From assembly GCF_004010195.1 (NCBI RefSeq), contig NC_057718.1, positions 13,495,549 through 13,559,548 of the forward strand: a stretch of 64,000 nucleotides of DNA, in the 5' to 3' direction. The DNA is from Chiloscyllium plagiosum. Taxonomy: Eukaryota. A program made the position numbers and the translations under genes. Each line of letters opens with the position of its first letter. The first letter of the stretch is position 1. The notes beneath the pieces were generated by a model that was not told where the DNA came from, made no database searches, and was given only the letters and a program-made list of their open reading frames with translations. This document shows positions 49,438-61,985 of this stretch, one piece after another.

Positions 49438-50035
49438 TCCAACTCTATTTTGATTTAATCCCTGCCCTCCCCTGCACTGTTTGATCACACAGCATTGCCC
49501 TTTGATGTGAAGGGCACTGCTTGTCACTGGCCACTCGGGTGTTACCTTTCTTCCTGGTGGTGGAAACGGAATAAAGATTTGTGCACCTTGTGTCTTTCAC
49601 TGTGTCTCAACCTGCACACACACAACATGGGTACTGGGGAAAAAATAAGCACTACCGCTTATCGTGGGCGGCACGGTGGCACTGTGGTTAGCACTGCTGC
49701 CTCACAGCGCCAGAGACCCGGGTTCAATTCCCGCCTCAGGCGACTGACTGTGTGGAGTTTGCACATTCTCCCCGTGCCTGCGAGGGTTTCATCCGGGTGC
49801 TCCGGTTTTCTCCCACAGTCACAAAGATGTGCAGGTCAGGTGAATTGGCCATGCTAAATTGCCCGTAGTGTTAGGTAAGGGGTAGATTTAGGGATATGGG
49901 TTGGTTGCGCTTCGGCGGGGCAGTGTGGACTTGTTGGGCCAAAGGGCCTGTTTCCACACTGTAAGTAATCTAATCTAATCTAATCTAAGTTAGGCGGTAG
50001 TGTGGGGTTTAAAAAAAAAGGAAGAAAAAAAAACT
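49438..50035 (+). mobile_element. 5'-truncated poly(A)-tailed non-LTR retrotransposon 3' UTR (L1/Tx1-like) containing a nested SINE
   Basis: 12-bp TSD aaccttgccctt (49426-49437, 50036-50047), A-rich tail 50011-50033, subterminal hairpin. Confidence 0.75.
49664..49988 (+). mobile_element. HE1-like V-SINE, full length
   Basis: Full head, body and (AATCT)n tail. Confidence 0.9.
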
Positions 50036-50314
50036 AACCTTGCCCTTCGCGATCAGAGCAGTCATGGATTTGTAAAGTGCCTTGGTAAATTGCTGCAGTG
50101 CATCTTTTAGACCTGGGGGGTGGGGGGGAGAGCGGGGAAAGAGGTATCCCATCTGCTTCTCTAATATCCTTTAGGGAAAGAAATCTGGCATCTTTACCTG
50201 ATCTGGCTGACATGTGACTCCAGACCCACTGTAATGTGGTTGACTCTTAACTGCTCTCTGGACAATTCGGGATGGGCAATCAATGCTGGTCAAGCCAGTG
50301 AGACCCATATTCCA

Positions 50315-50600
50315 AGCCCTATCCCAAGGACAGGACTTTCCTAGCAGAAGTGGTGGCATAGTAATATACAGTGGGGATGGCATTGCTCTGGGAATCCTCA
50401 ACATTGACTCTGGACCCCATGAAGTCTCACGACCTCATGTTAAACATGGGCACAGAAACATCCTGCTGACTACCATGTACTGTCCTCCCTTGGTCGATGA
50501 ATCAGTACTTAACGATGTTGAACAACACTTCGAGGAAGCATGGAAGGTGAAAAAGGTGCAAAATCACCTCAGGATGGAAGATTTCAATGCCCACCATATA
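50315..50600 (+). mobile_element. AP-endonuclease remnant of a non-LTR retrotransposon (clade not determined)
   Basis: QDFPSRSGGIVIY...LLTTMYCPP...MEDFNAHH corresponds to the DR..RGGG, YRPP and GDFN motifs. A related repeat family recurs at ~18440-18530, 49170-49425, 50175-50310, 56340-57020 and 60480-60635. Confidence 0.7.
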
Positions 50601-51229
50601 TTCAAGCTGTGCGCACAGGGTGGGTGGCAGTTGGGGAGAAATGGATGGAGCTGCACCGATCCAGACAACAGGAGAGTATCCTATCACATTTATCAGCAGA
50701 TGGGTTCCTCACTGAAGAATTGCTAGTGCCTGAAATGCCCTTGTAGCCACAAAATATTATTGAATTTTCGATGGCATATGGATTATATTGGTAAGGGCAA
50801 CCTTTATTGCCCTTTCCAAATTGCCCTTGAACTGAGTGGCTTCCTGAGCTGTTTCAGAAGGCAATTCTGGTCTGGAGCCACAAGTAGGCCACCTAAGATA
50901 AGGAGAGCAGATTTCTTTCAATAAAAGACATTAGTGAGCTGTAATTGCTGATCACTCCATTCATATATTCAATCAGAGCCTGGGAGAGAGGATGTATGTG
51001 ATGCTAATAACTGAAGCTCATTTTCCTGAGGTGAGAGGAGGTGTGCACTAAAGGCAGATGGAATAACTGTTTCCAAAGAGAATTGGATATGCACTTAAAA
51101 GGAAAACCTTGTATGACTTTGGGAAAAGAAGGGAAGAGTTAGACTAATTCTAGCATTCTAAATGAATAGTTTCTACATCAATGCACCAGTTTCATTAGCA
51201 AGAGAGACGATGTAGCTATAGAAATCGGA

Positions 51230-53192
51230 AAAATAAGGGCTATGACATTTTTAAAGAAGTTAGCATTGGCGGAGAGGTTCTGAGTGGTTTAGCAGGATTA
51301 AAAGTTGATAAATCAGCAGGGTCGAATGAAATGTATTCCAGGCAGCTGAGTGAGGCAAAGGAGGAATAGCAGGGGTGTTAGCAATAATTCTCAATTCCTT
51401 GCCAGCCATAGGAGAGGTGCGAGAGGACTGGAGGACAGCCAACGTGATACTATTATCCAAGAAGGGAGCAAGGCATAAACCAGGAAACTACAGACTAATT
51501 AGTGGTGGGAAACTATTAGAAGCAATTCTGAGGGACAGAATTAATCTGCAATTGGAGAGGCAGGGATTAATCAAGAACAGTCAACATGACTTTGTTAAGG
51601 GGACGTCATGTCTGACAGACTTGACTGAATGTGGGGGTGCTGGTGTTGGACTTGGTGAGAGTGAATGTTTCGAAGAGGTGACTAGGTGTGCACATAAAGG
51701 CAATGAATTCAACAGTCTGCTGTGACTTGAGCATGGCAAAAGTAAGTAGTCATGGGAGCCAAGGAAATTTGACTAATTGGATCTAGAATTGTCTGAGTGG
51801 CAGAAGGCAGAGAATGTTAGTTGAGGGGTGTTTTTGTGACTGGAAACCAGTGTGCTGTGGGGTTCCATAGGGATTAGTGCTGGGGTCCTTGCGGTTTGTG
51901 GTACATATAAACGATTTAGATTTGATCAGTAATTTCATGGATTAATACAAAAATTGATGGGGTGATAAATAGATTTACCAGGATATTGCCAGGAATGGAG
52001 GGTTTAATTATAAGGAGAGGCTGGATAGGCTGGGGCTTTTTTCACTGGAGGATAGGAGTTTGAGGGATGACCTCAGACAGGTTTATAAAATCATGGAGGA
52101 TATAGATAAGGCAGGTGTCTTTTCCCAAGGGAGGGGAATTTCAAGACCGGGGGCATATTTTACGGTGAGAGGAGAAAGATTTTAAAAATGACATGAAGAG
52201 CAACTTTTGTTTCCACAGTTCATGTGTGTAATGAACTTCCAGAGGAAGTGATGGATGACGGTACAGTTATAATATTCAAAAGATATTTGGAGAAGTACAC
52301 AAATAAGAAATGTTGGGGGCATATAGGCCAAGCTCAGGCACATGGGACTAATTTAGTTTGAAATTATGGTTGGCATGAATTGGTTGGACCAAAGATCTGT
52401 TTCCATGCTATATAACTATATGACTCTAGAAATGATATTCAATCCAGATAAGTGTCACTTGGATAAGAAAACCAAAACACAAGAATACACGGTAAACAGT
52501 AGGACCTTGGTCTCCATGTGCACCAGCCTCTTAAGTAGCAGGACAGATAGATAAAGTTGGTTAGAAGACATATGGGATATTTATCTTTATCAGTGGAGGG
52601 GCAGCACTTAAAAGTAAGGATGTTATGTTGGAATTGTATAAAATGTCAGTTAGGCCACAGCTAGAGCGTTTTATACAGTACAGGAGTCCAAATTATACGA
52701 AGGATGGGATTGCACTGGAGAGAATGCAGTGGAGATTTACCAGGATCTTGCCTGGGCTGCTGAGTTTTAGTTATGAAGAGAGAGCGGGTAAAACTGGAGT
52801 TGTTTTCCTTCGAGCAGAAGAAACTGAGGGAGAATATGATAGAGATGTATAAAATTGAGGGGCATAAATAGGATAGACAGGAAAAAAACTTTTGCTCTTG
52901 GTGGAGGAATCAATGATTTAGGGGGCATAGATTTAAGATAAGGGGCAGAAGGTTTAGACACGATGTGAATAAAATGTTTTTCATCCAGAGGGAACTGATT
53001 TCTGTAAGGGTGGTATATACAGAAATGCTCATAACATTTATGTGGTATTTATACATACACGTGATGCCGAGGCATACAAAATTATGGACCAAGTGTTGGA
53101 AAGTGGGATTAGAATAGTTAGGTGGTTGTTTTTGATTGGTGCAGACTCAATGGGCCAAACAGCTTTTCCTATGCTGTAGACCTTTATGACTC
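51230..53192 (+). mobile_element. Degraded CR1 (RT to 3' end) with a nested CR1 3' fragment (~51971-52427)
   Basis: EDWRTANVI.L.KKG...PGNYR, SQHDFVKGTSCLTDL, RPQLE...; two separate ctatgactc-type tails. Confidence 0.85.
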
Positions 53193-53353
53193 AAATGTTG
53201 TGATTCTTTCACAAAAAGTCAACTTAACCATGATAGGACAAATAACCTCCTTATATTGATCCAAGCTTTTATTGATCCATGAATTAGTATTAGATAATAC
53301 AATAACTCACAAAAGTGGGTTTCACTAAATAGTAATACTAAAATATATTTTAC

Positions 53354-53536
53354 CTCCTTCACTTTTATTCCAATGCCACATTCTCCAGTGATGCTAAGTA
53401 GCTGAGGATGAAAGGCAATCTTTATGTAAACATTCAAAGTAGGCCAAAAATGCAGCTGGTTGCTGTTCAAATCCACAACTACCTTCCAAGCTAGATCAAG
53501 AGATTTCACACAAAGAGATTCTTCTGACCTGTAAAG
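53354..53536 (-). CDS. TARBP1: TARBP1 coding exon 3/12, 183 nt, phase 0 to 0
   Basis: tttag|CTT...GAG|gtaaaa. LYRSEESLCVKSLDLAWKVVVDLNSNQLHFWPTLNVYIKIAFHPQLLSITGECGIGIKVKE. Confidence 0.93.
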
Positions 53537-53822
53537 CTAAATAAATCAACAGGTTAAGATGCACGGTAAACAATCTTAAAATTATGTTACAGTTTGCACA
53601 TTCTTCTGTCTCAAAGTGTCAGAAGGAGCATTTTATAGACCTTCAAAAGGTGAAAAATATTTCAACAATATAGCTACAAATATGTATCTTTGAGTTACCA
53701 TTAGAATAAAGACAATATTTTGTATTTGCAAGAAAAAGTAGCACACCTATTTATTGCAGGAATAAATGAGAAATGTCTTAGTTGCTACCAGTCAAATATA
53801 TGTCAGATTTAATCTTGCTAAC

Positions 53823-54075
53823 CTTAGGAACAAGAATCTTCATGCATTGCAGTATGGGAAGTACTTGGTCCGATCGTACAATGTTAAGTGCTTCTACACA
53901 GGCGTGAAGAATGAGAGCTGGATTTTTTACAGCAGGTAATGAACTCTTGTTGGCTATAGTTTCAGATGGCTGTTCAAGTTTGTTCAAAATAAAATAGACA
54001 CAGGCCCAATGATCATGGATATACTGTGTAGAGACTTTTCCCCAGCCCTCAGCTGAAAATACATCCTCCAAAGGT
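53823..54075 (-). CDS. TARBP1: TARBP1 coding exon 2/12, 253 nt, phase 2 to 0
   Basis: tttag|A...AAG|gttagc. PLEDVFSAEGWGKVSTQYIHDHWACVYFIL...SDQVLPILQCMKILVPK matches the TARBP1 GWGKIVAQYIHDQW...SDQVLPVFHCLKVLVPK motif. Confidence 0.95.
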
Positions 54076-56066
54076 CTAAACAAAACAAAAATATCCTTTT
54101 TAAAGGCAGGAAAAGTTTAATATTAATACAACATTTTACAGTAATATAAATTATGTAAGAGCAATGAAATGCAAAGCCATTATGAAATGCCAATATACTA
54201 AAATATTCTGCTCCTCCCATCCTCCAGGTCCAGAAATGTTTCACACAATTAACGTAATTGTAATGAAAAATTGTTTGAGACCATTATTTCATGAGGGGTT
54301 TGAGGGAGAGGCACTCGTTGCAAATTTGAAAACCAAACCACCAAATAAGGAATAACTGAACTATTCTGAAGAGTTCCACTGTAAATATGCTTGGAGTGAA
54401 TTCGTGTATCATGGCAAAACTGTCTGTTGGAATGTCAAAACCTAGAATTTGTTCCGCTATTGTTTAAAGGTCTTCTGGAGAAAAGTGAAAATAACACTAT
54501 TAAAATATTTGACAGCAAATTAAAAAAACTTCCACAATAATGAACAACCTTCAATTCATATTAAGATCAAAAATCCTGGAGTCCTGTTATCATAAAAATA
54601 GAGTTAGATACATTTATTTACCATCAACCAGAGCAACCAATCAGCTCAGGCAAACTTGATATATTGCAGAGAATCAGACATCATGTGCACTTATAAAATT
54701 ATGAAAGTTTATGCAGTTACAATATTAATTGCCTTTACCTTATTATCCCTCACTAACACCGCACCTGACTAAACATCAAACCAACTGTTTTACTAGCTCT
54801 TGCACAACTGTACTAAATTTGTGTTAACTGCACCAATTCCTCAAGTTATTGTATGCTGACAGCTTTTTGTTATTAAAATTCCGGATTTGTGATTGATGAA
54901 ACTTGAAAAAAAAAAGATGAATTTGCAGCAGGTGGAAAAATACTTTGAAATGCATTTGAAAGCCGTAGGCCTTAATGGCAAAAAATAATCATTGTGTGAT
55001 TACGTCAATTGCATGCATACTCTTTGTTTATTACTAGATTGCATTTTTGTTGTTTAACACTGCCATCCATTCTGGAGCATGCTGTCTGGTGGCTTGACAA
55101 CTTGGCATATTTATTTCTGATAAGTTAGAAAACAGTTGGCCCTAGCTCAGAGTTCACATGCAGCGTGGATAATTATTATGGACAGAATAATATTGTTCTA
55201 GGAATATTTAATTTTATAAAAGAATACTGTTGACTTAATATTCATGTGTGATTTCACAATAACTTCAGCTTCTGATTAGCTGGCAAGTCATGAATCGAAT
55301 TAAAAACATCTGGTTTGCAGGCTGGTCAACAAAAAATCAGCTATTGTATCATTTCCCTTCTCAAGAAAGCAGACAGGGATGTTTGTTCCAATTCTACTAT
55401 TTATGCTGCCTCTTTCTAAGCGGCTGCTGGGTTGAGCATTCAGTAGGTCCCATAGTGCTCCAATTCACAATGTTTCCACTTCTTATGGACTCTCTTTGCC
55501 TACAACTTCCCCAATAGCCCATCCAGTGTGGTGAACCTGGCAAGGTTTGACCAACTCACTCAAATTCCTTTAGAATTAATATAAAAACTAGCAAGGCAGA
55601 AAACAAGTGCTCAACATTGTCTGGACAGCTTTCCAAAATCCTAATCTAGTTAAAGTTTAGTTGTCTTTCCAGATTGAGTACAGCTGTTAATTCAGCATTT
55701 CAACCTGGATGCCTCCAAAGCAGAGCCAGAAAGAGCTTTGATCCAAGCTGGAGATCAGATTATGTGTCCAATCGTTGGTGTCAGCTGAGTTGCTTGCCGC
55801 TAAATGGGCAGAAATGAAATTTGTGCTAAATTGGAACTGGAAGAGCTAAACTGCAAATAAATAGCAGAAAAAGCTCTTAAAGTTTTTGAAGTAGATAGAG
55901 TAGAATGCCTTGAATGGATGAGTAAATTACACAAACTGTGAACCGTCACCAACCCAGGAACTTTAAGTTGCTGCTCTAATATTCCCTGCAAGTCTTGAAT
56001 ATTTACATTGAACTTCCCTGTATAAAAGTTTCACACTTGAAATAGTAAATTACTCATCTTTCTTAC

Positions 56067-56260
56067 CCATTGTCTTGCTTACTGAAGAAAGGTTTCTCAA
56101 GATTCTTGTTGAAGGGACCAGTTAAAACAGATTTGACCAATGTTTTGACAGCATTGAGGGAGTCAAGTTGCAGGTCTGGATACTGGGCATTAATCTTGCA
56201 AATCCAAGCCAAAGAGGCTCTAGCAACTACCATTTGGATTTGTTGTCCTAATTTCAGAAC
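56067..56260 (-). CDS. TARBP1: TARBP1 internal coding exon (1st of 12 in window), 194 nt, phase 0 to 2
   Basis: cag|GTT...GG|gtaaga. Translates VLKLGQQIQMVVARASLAWICKINAQYPDLQLDSLNAVKTLVKSVLTGPFNKNLEKPFFSKQDN, resembling the remembered vertebrate TARBP1 segment GSQIQRVVSMAALAMVC...PELQLDSL. Phase fits the next exon. Confidence 0.9.
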
Positions 56261-58945
56261 CTGAGACAAAAAGCAAAATAGAATTTATGTATCTTCAGCT
56301 GAACTCTGCTCACATTCACAGTGGTGTTTTTCAAACAATATTTGTTTGTGGAATATGGTCAGTGCTGGCTAGTCCAGCTTTTATTGCTTGTCCCAACTAC
56401 CCTTTTTCTTCTCTTTGATCATTCATGGGATCTGGGTGCCACTGGCTCGGCCAACATTTATTGCCAATCCCTAATTGGAGGGCAATTAGGAACCATACAC
56501 ATTGCTGTGGGTCTGGAGTAAAATGTCGACCAGTCCAGGTAAGGACAGTAGATTCCCTTCCCTAAATAGCATGTGAACCAGATGAGTTTTTATGGCAATT
56601 GACAGTGGTTACATAGTTGCCACTAGGACAGCTTTTTATTTGAGTTTTTTTAAAAATAGAATTCAAGTTTCAGCATCTGACACAGTGATTTTGAATCCAT
56701 GTCCCCAGAAGATTACCCTGGGTTTATGGATTATGAATCCGGTGACGTGGCCACAAAAAACACCATCGCGCCCCAATGAATAGGAGGTCGGAAGCTGCAT
56801 AATTTTGCATATTGGATGACATAATTGTAATGCACAAAGAACGATTTTTATACACAGTCAAGGGATATGGACTTTGGTGGCTTATTCCCATCCCTAATTG
56901 CCATTGAGGAGGTGGTGTTAAGCTGCCTTCTTGAACTGCTGCAGTCCAAGTGCTGTAGGTAGACCTGCAATTCCAGGATTTTGACCCAGTGACAGTTAAG
57001 GGACAGTGATGTACTTCCCAGAAGCATTTATTTTCAGACAGATTGGAATAGACAGTTGAAAACTGCTGATAGTACAGATTACCTACAATTCTTCCTGAAG
57101 TCAATCAACAAACTCCCATTGAATGAGGATTTTACTTTAGACAACGTAGCTGGAGGCTACTTGATTGCATCCAAGGTCAGAGAGAAATTTCCCGGAACTT
57201 CTTCCCATCAACCCAAACTTTCTCAAAATAGTTTTACAAATGGAGGAAATCTATTAAAACCAAAGTAAGTTTATTAAAGGAGGACAAAGGTGAAGCCTAA
57301 AAGGTAAGAAGCAGTAAGCTGCTGGCTATACTTCAGAGAAACATGAAGAAATTGCCTATAAAAAAATTGAAGAAAATGATCCCATGTCCAAAAGAACAGT
57401 TCTATAAATAGCTTCACAGAAATCGGAAGAAAAACAAACTCAAGCACATCAAGACACCAGGTGACTGAGAAGCTGAGTTTTTATGTGCAATAAACAAAAC
57501 ATTTTTAAAGGAGACAGAAAAATAAATCTTATTGAACCAAGATGTTTTATGGGCCTCAAAAAAAGGAAAGAGTGCAGGTATGATAACTTCCATGCCAGCT
57601 GGAAGAACATCAATTACTCACTGCCACAGGTGGAAAGGTCAGAAAAATAAAAGTGATCGTTGAGTCAGACAAAGGTAGCAAAGAATTCTCAAAGGGAAAA
57701 TGCAGCCAAAAGAATGAAGCAATGTGGCACTTCTGGGTACAATTTGATGGATGCATTCTGCAGGAGGTATCCGAGCAAGGGGGTTTCAAAGGCAGGATCC
57801 AGTTTAAGAGTCAATATGAAAGGCCAGGAGGTTACGTGAAATACACAGTCTTCAGAGTTATTGGTACGGCAATGTTTAAAACAAAAACTCAAAGTGGTTT
57901 TGCTCAACAATGAAAAATTTTAAAATGTAATCATCCACTATACCATAATGGGGGACATGTTATGTCCAGAATTCCCAAGGTTCCAAACTTGGCTGTGCAA
58001 ACAAGCATAGAGACATAGCGATGAAAGGTGGAAATGAATGGAATATTATTCCAAACTTCACTTATACCCCTAGCATGTGTTAAGAGCAAAATTCTCACAG
58101 GTCTGAAAATACGTCAACATTTTTAACTTAAATCATAGCATTCGACAGAAAACTCAAGTTGAAGTAAGCACATGATAAAAAAAATGCTTTAACATATGCG
58201 TCTACGTGTTTGGACGTCATTTGGTGATTTGCAAAATTATAAGCTCTTTGCCATTAAAGGGCCACAAGACAAGGGATTTTTAAAATAATTTATTTTAATA
58301 AGAGGATAGGATGGAATAAATTGCAGAGGCAGACAATTGCCAAATATAAGGGCCAAATAAAGAAGCAGAAATTATGCTTTGCAGAGTTCAATGTGTTTAA
58401 ATATTTATAGAAGTTTGGTCATCTACTCCTTTGGATATTTAAATGAGTACATTACTTTTTCAAGCACACCTGTCCAAAGAGAATATCCAGCATGTTTTAT
58501 TTGTTGTTGTCTCTCAATGCAAAGATGACAATGTCCACCAACTGGGTTATTTGATAGGGTTCTGGTAGATATGTGACTATTATCTCACTTGGAAGATTTT
58601 GCTGCATTCAGGACCAGATAGATAAAATGATTTCATTTTGGATGTACTGCTGCCTCAACAACTTCCCTTTGTTTCCACCCAACAAATTTCTTCCCCTGCC
58701 CACTAGGGAACAAGCAATAATGGATTTGGAGATGTGTAATGAGGCAGACTTGATTAGGGAGCTGAAGTTGAAGGAGCCCCAACAGGGCAGTGACCATAAT
58801 ATGATAGAACTCACCCTGCAGTTTGAGAAGGAAAAGCTAGAATTAAATGTAATGGTATTAGTCCATATAATGTAATGATTAAAGACATAGGAGAGCAGCT
58901 GACCAGAGTTGATTGGAAGGGAAGCCTAGCAGGGTGGAGCAGCAA

Positions 58946-59850
58946 TGAGTCATAGAATCATAGAGATGTACAGCATGGAAATAGACCCTTCCATCCAACT
59001 CGTCCATGCCGACCAGATATCCCAACCCAATCTAGTCCCACCTGCCAGCACCGCACCCACATCCCTCCAAACCCTTCCGATTCATATATCCATCCAGATG
59101 CTTTTTAAATGTTGCAATCGTACTACCCTCCAACACTTCCTCTGGCAGTTCATTCCATACATATACCACTCTCTGCGTGAAAAGTTGCCCCTTAGGTCTC
59201 TTTTATATCTTTCCCCTCTCACCCTAAACCTATGCCCTCCAGTTCTGGACTCCCCCATCCCAGGGAAAAGACTATCTATTTATCCTATTCATTCCACTCA
59301 TAATTTTGTAAACCTCTATAAGGTTACCCCTCAACCTCTAACGCTCCAGGGAAAACAGCTCCAGCCTATTCAACATCTCCCTATTGCTCAAATCCTCCAA
59401 CTCTGGCAACATCCTTATAAAATTTTTTCTGAACCTTTTCAAGTATCACAACATCTTTCCAATAGGAAGGAGACCAGAATTGCACACAATATTCCAAAAG
59501 TAGCCTAACCAATGTCCTGTACAGCTGCAACATGACCTCCCAACTCCTGTACTCAATACTCTGACCAATAAAGGAAAGCATACCAAACGCCTTCTGCACT
59601 ATCCTGTCTACCTGCAACTCCACTTTCAAGGAGCTATGAACCAGCACTCCAAGGTCTGTTTGTTCAGCAAGACTCCCAAGGACCTTACTATTAAGTGTAC
59701 AAGTCCTGCTAAGATTTGCTTTCCCAAAATGCAGCACCTGCACTTATCTAAATTAAACTCCATCTGCCACTTCTCAGCCCATTGGTCCATCTGATCAAAA
59801 TCCCATTGTAATCTGAGATAACCTTCTTCCCTGTCCACTACACCTTCAAT
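58946..59850 (-). mobile_element. Young CR1 3' fragment next to a plus-strand CR1 endonuclease remnant (~58695-58945)
   Basis: WAEKWQMEFNLDKC and LYRTLVRLLLEYCVQFWSP on the minus strand; PTREQAIMDL..CNE...GSDHNMIE on the plus strand. Confidence 0.92.
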
Positions 59851-59937
59851 TTTTATGTCATCTGCTCTTGTTCTTGAGCACTAAGGAGATCAAGGGTTAC
59901 AGGAAGGCAGGCAGGTGAATTCGGTTGAGAAAAATCA

Positions 59938-60240
59938 GTGGGGTGGCACGGTGGCTCAGTGGTTAGCACTGCTGCCTCACAGGGACCCAGGTTAAATTCC
60001 TGTCTTGGCCAACTGCCTGTATGGAGTTTGCACATTCTCCCCGTGTCTGCATGGGTTTCCTCCGGGTGCTCCGGTTTCCTTCCACAGTCCAAAGACGTGC
60101 AGGTTAGGTGGATTGGCCAAACTAAATTGCCTGTAGTGTTAGGTGCATTAGTTAGGGGAATTGGTCTGGGTGGGTTGCTCTTCGGAGAGTCGGTGTGGAC
60201 TTGTTGGGCCGAAGGGCCTGTTTCCACACTATTGGTAATG
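59938..60240 (+). mobile_element. HE1-like V-SINE, different subfamily
   Basis: Same head and body with diagnostic differences (ggtgcattagttagggga...); no AATCT tail. Confidence 0.85.
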
Positions 60241-61239
60241 TAAAAAAAAGACCAAATGGCGGAGCAGACCTGATGGGCCAAAAACCCTAATTTAGTTCCG
60301 ATAGCTTAAAGTCTTAAGGAATTTTCCTTGCCACTGATATGCAGTTGCATTGAAACAAATTTGCACCAAGTACGGAGGTTCTATGTGAGCTTTATCCAGG
60401 GACTGTCATCACAACACTGAAGCAAAGGCTTCAGAGTGGCTATGGTAACCATGAAATTATTATCAATCTTTGCAGAGTCACATTGGTTCACTGATCTCCC
60501 TTAAGGAACAGTATCTGGCCTAGATGTGATGCCAGATCCACAGCAACGTGGTTGACTCTTAATTGCTGTCAAAAGTTTGGGATGTACATCAAATGCTGAA
60601 TTTTCCTGCAGCATCCACATGTCATGAATGAATAAAACATAGCCACAGAGAATTTCAAAATTTCACCACGTAAAAATTAAAGTTTAAATAAAATTCTTGT
60701 CTTGGAACGATGTTAGCAGGCAAATTACTGAAATTCATCTGATAAAGGTCACTTTCATACTAATTTTCTTCTCATTAAAACAAACACAGAGGGAATCTGA
60801 TATTGGTTACTAGTTTCAATTAGACTACATTTGAGGTTGCTCATTGTTGCTTGTTGCACAGTTGAGCAGAAGTTCAAACGAAATTCCAATCTTAAGCTTT
60901 CTTGATAGTCAGCTATTGTCAAACCTGCAGTCTCACCATTCAGACAGAACTAATCTGCAGACACATCTGATGACTTTGCAATCCAGTTGGTTGCTTAATT
61001 CTGCCAGCTCTGAACTCAATGTCAATTTCTTCTCATCTCCAGAGAAGTCTCCAAGAGTTAAAAATAAAAAATCTGTTTCTGCTTGGGGGCACTGTAAGCA
61101 ATTTGCTAGAAGAAAATGCCTGTTTCCCCTGTTCTTCTTCTCCAACCTATATATGGTACCCTCATGCAAAGGTAGTTTCCAGAAGAACTATGTCTAAGAG
61201 TCACAGAAAGCTAACTACACTCCCCAGACATGCATAAAA

Positions 61240-61580
61240 TATTAAGATGTCCTGTGATTATTTTAACAGTTGATCTCCTCGCTTCCAAAATTCAACCATC
61301 CTGCTCAAGACAACAATTTGGCCAAAGCGCTGATCCTGCCTACTGGGTCAGCCCTCAGCAATCTCACCTTTCAATTCACAAGTTCTCCAATCCTCTAACC
61401 ATGCTAATATATTACCTTTAACACTATGAGCTTTTATCCTAAGTAGGCCAATGTGTAGTACATTATTGAACTGCCTTTTGGAAATCCAAAATATTACATC
61501 TACTTAGTTCCCTTTATCTATCTTGCTTGTTATCTCCTCAAAGAATTCTAATAAACTTGTAAGGCATGAACTCTTCTTCA
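61240..61580 (-). mobile_element. Degraded CR1 RT remnant
   Basis: gccttttggaaatccaaa (LDFQKA) and ctcaaagaattctaataaact on the reverse strand. Confidence 0.65.
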
Positions 61581-61689
61581 TTTTTCCTTACGCTGTCGTG
61601 TCAAAAGAGTTCAATACTGCCACATTAAGAAAAAAGTTTAAACAAAACTCTTTCAATTTCTATTTCATCCAATTCAACTTTCTAAGTTA

Positions 61690-61985
61690 AGCAATGCCTC
61701 AATTTTAAAATTCTCATCCTGGTTTTCAAATTGTTCCATGGCCTTGACCCTCCTTATCTTTGCAATCTCCTCCAACAACTCCAAGACATCCATGCTCCAA
61801 ATTCGTCCTAAACCGCTACTCCCCATTACCACTCACCTCTTTCAGCAGTCTTTAAAACTGCATCACAACCAACCTTTTGCCCACTGTCCAAATGTATCCT
61901 TACACATCTTGGAGTAAAATGTTACTTTGTAATGCTCTACGAACACCTTGGAGTGTTTAATTACTTTAAAGGTACTTTAAACACA
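61690..61985 (+). mobile_element. L2-like LINE 3' remnant
   Basis: FKILILVFKLFHGLDPPYLCNLL is typical of the L2 ORF2 C-terminus. A similar remnant lies near 17850-18110. Confidence 0.65.

Noticed and set aside
57083..57250. Exon-like segment bounded by ttaatag| and |gtaatc on the minus strand
   Set aside because: Stop codons in all three minus-strand frames and no TARBP1 similarity.
57689..57910. Minus-strand ORF containing YLLQNASIK, reminiscent of TARBP1 SLLKNASIQ expected in the next upstream exon
   Set aside because: The rest of the peptide does not match and there is no suitable donor after it. The true upstream exon is probably beyond 64000.
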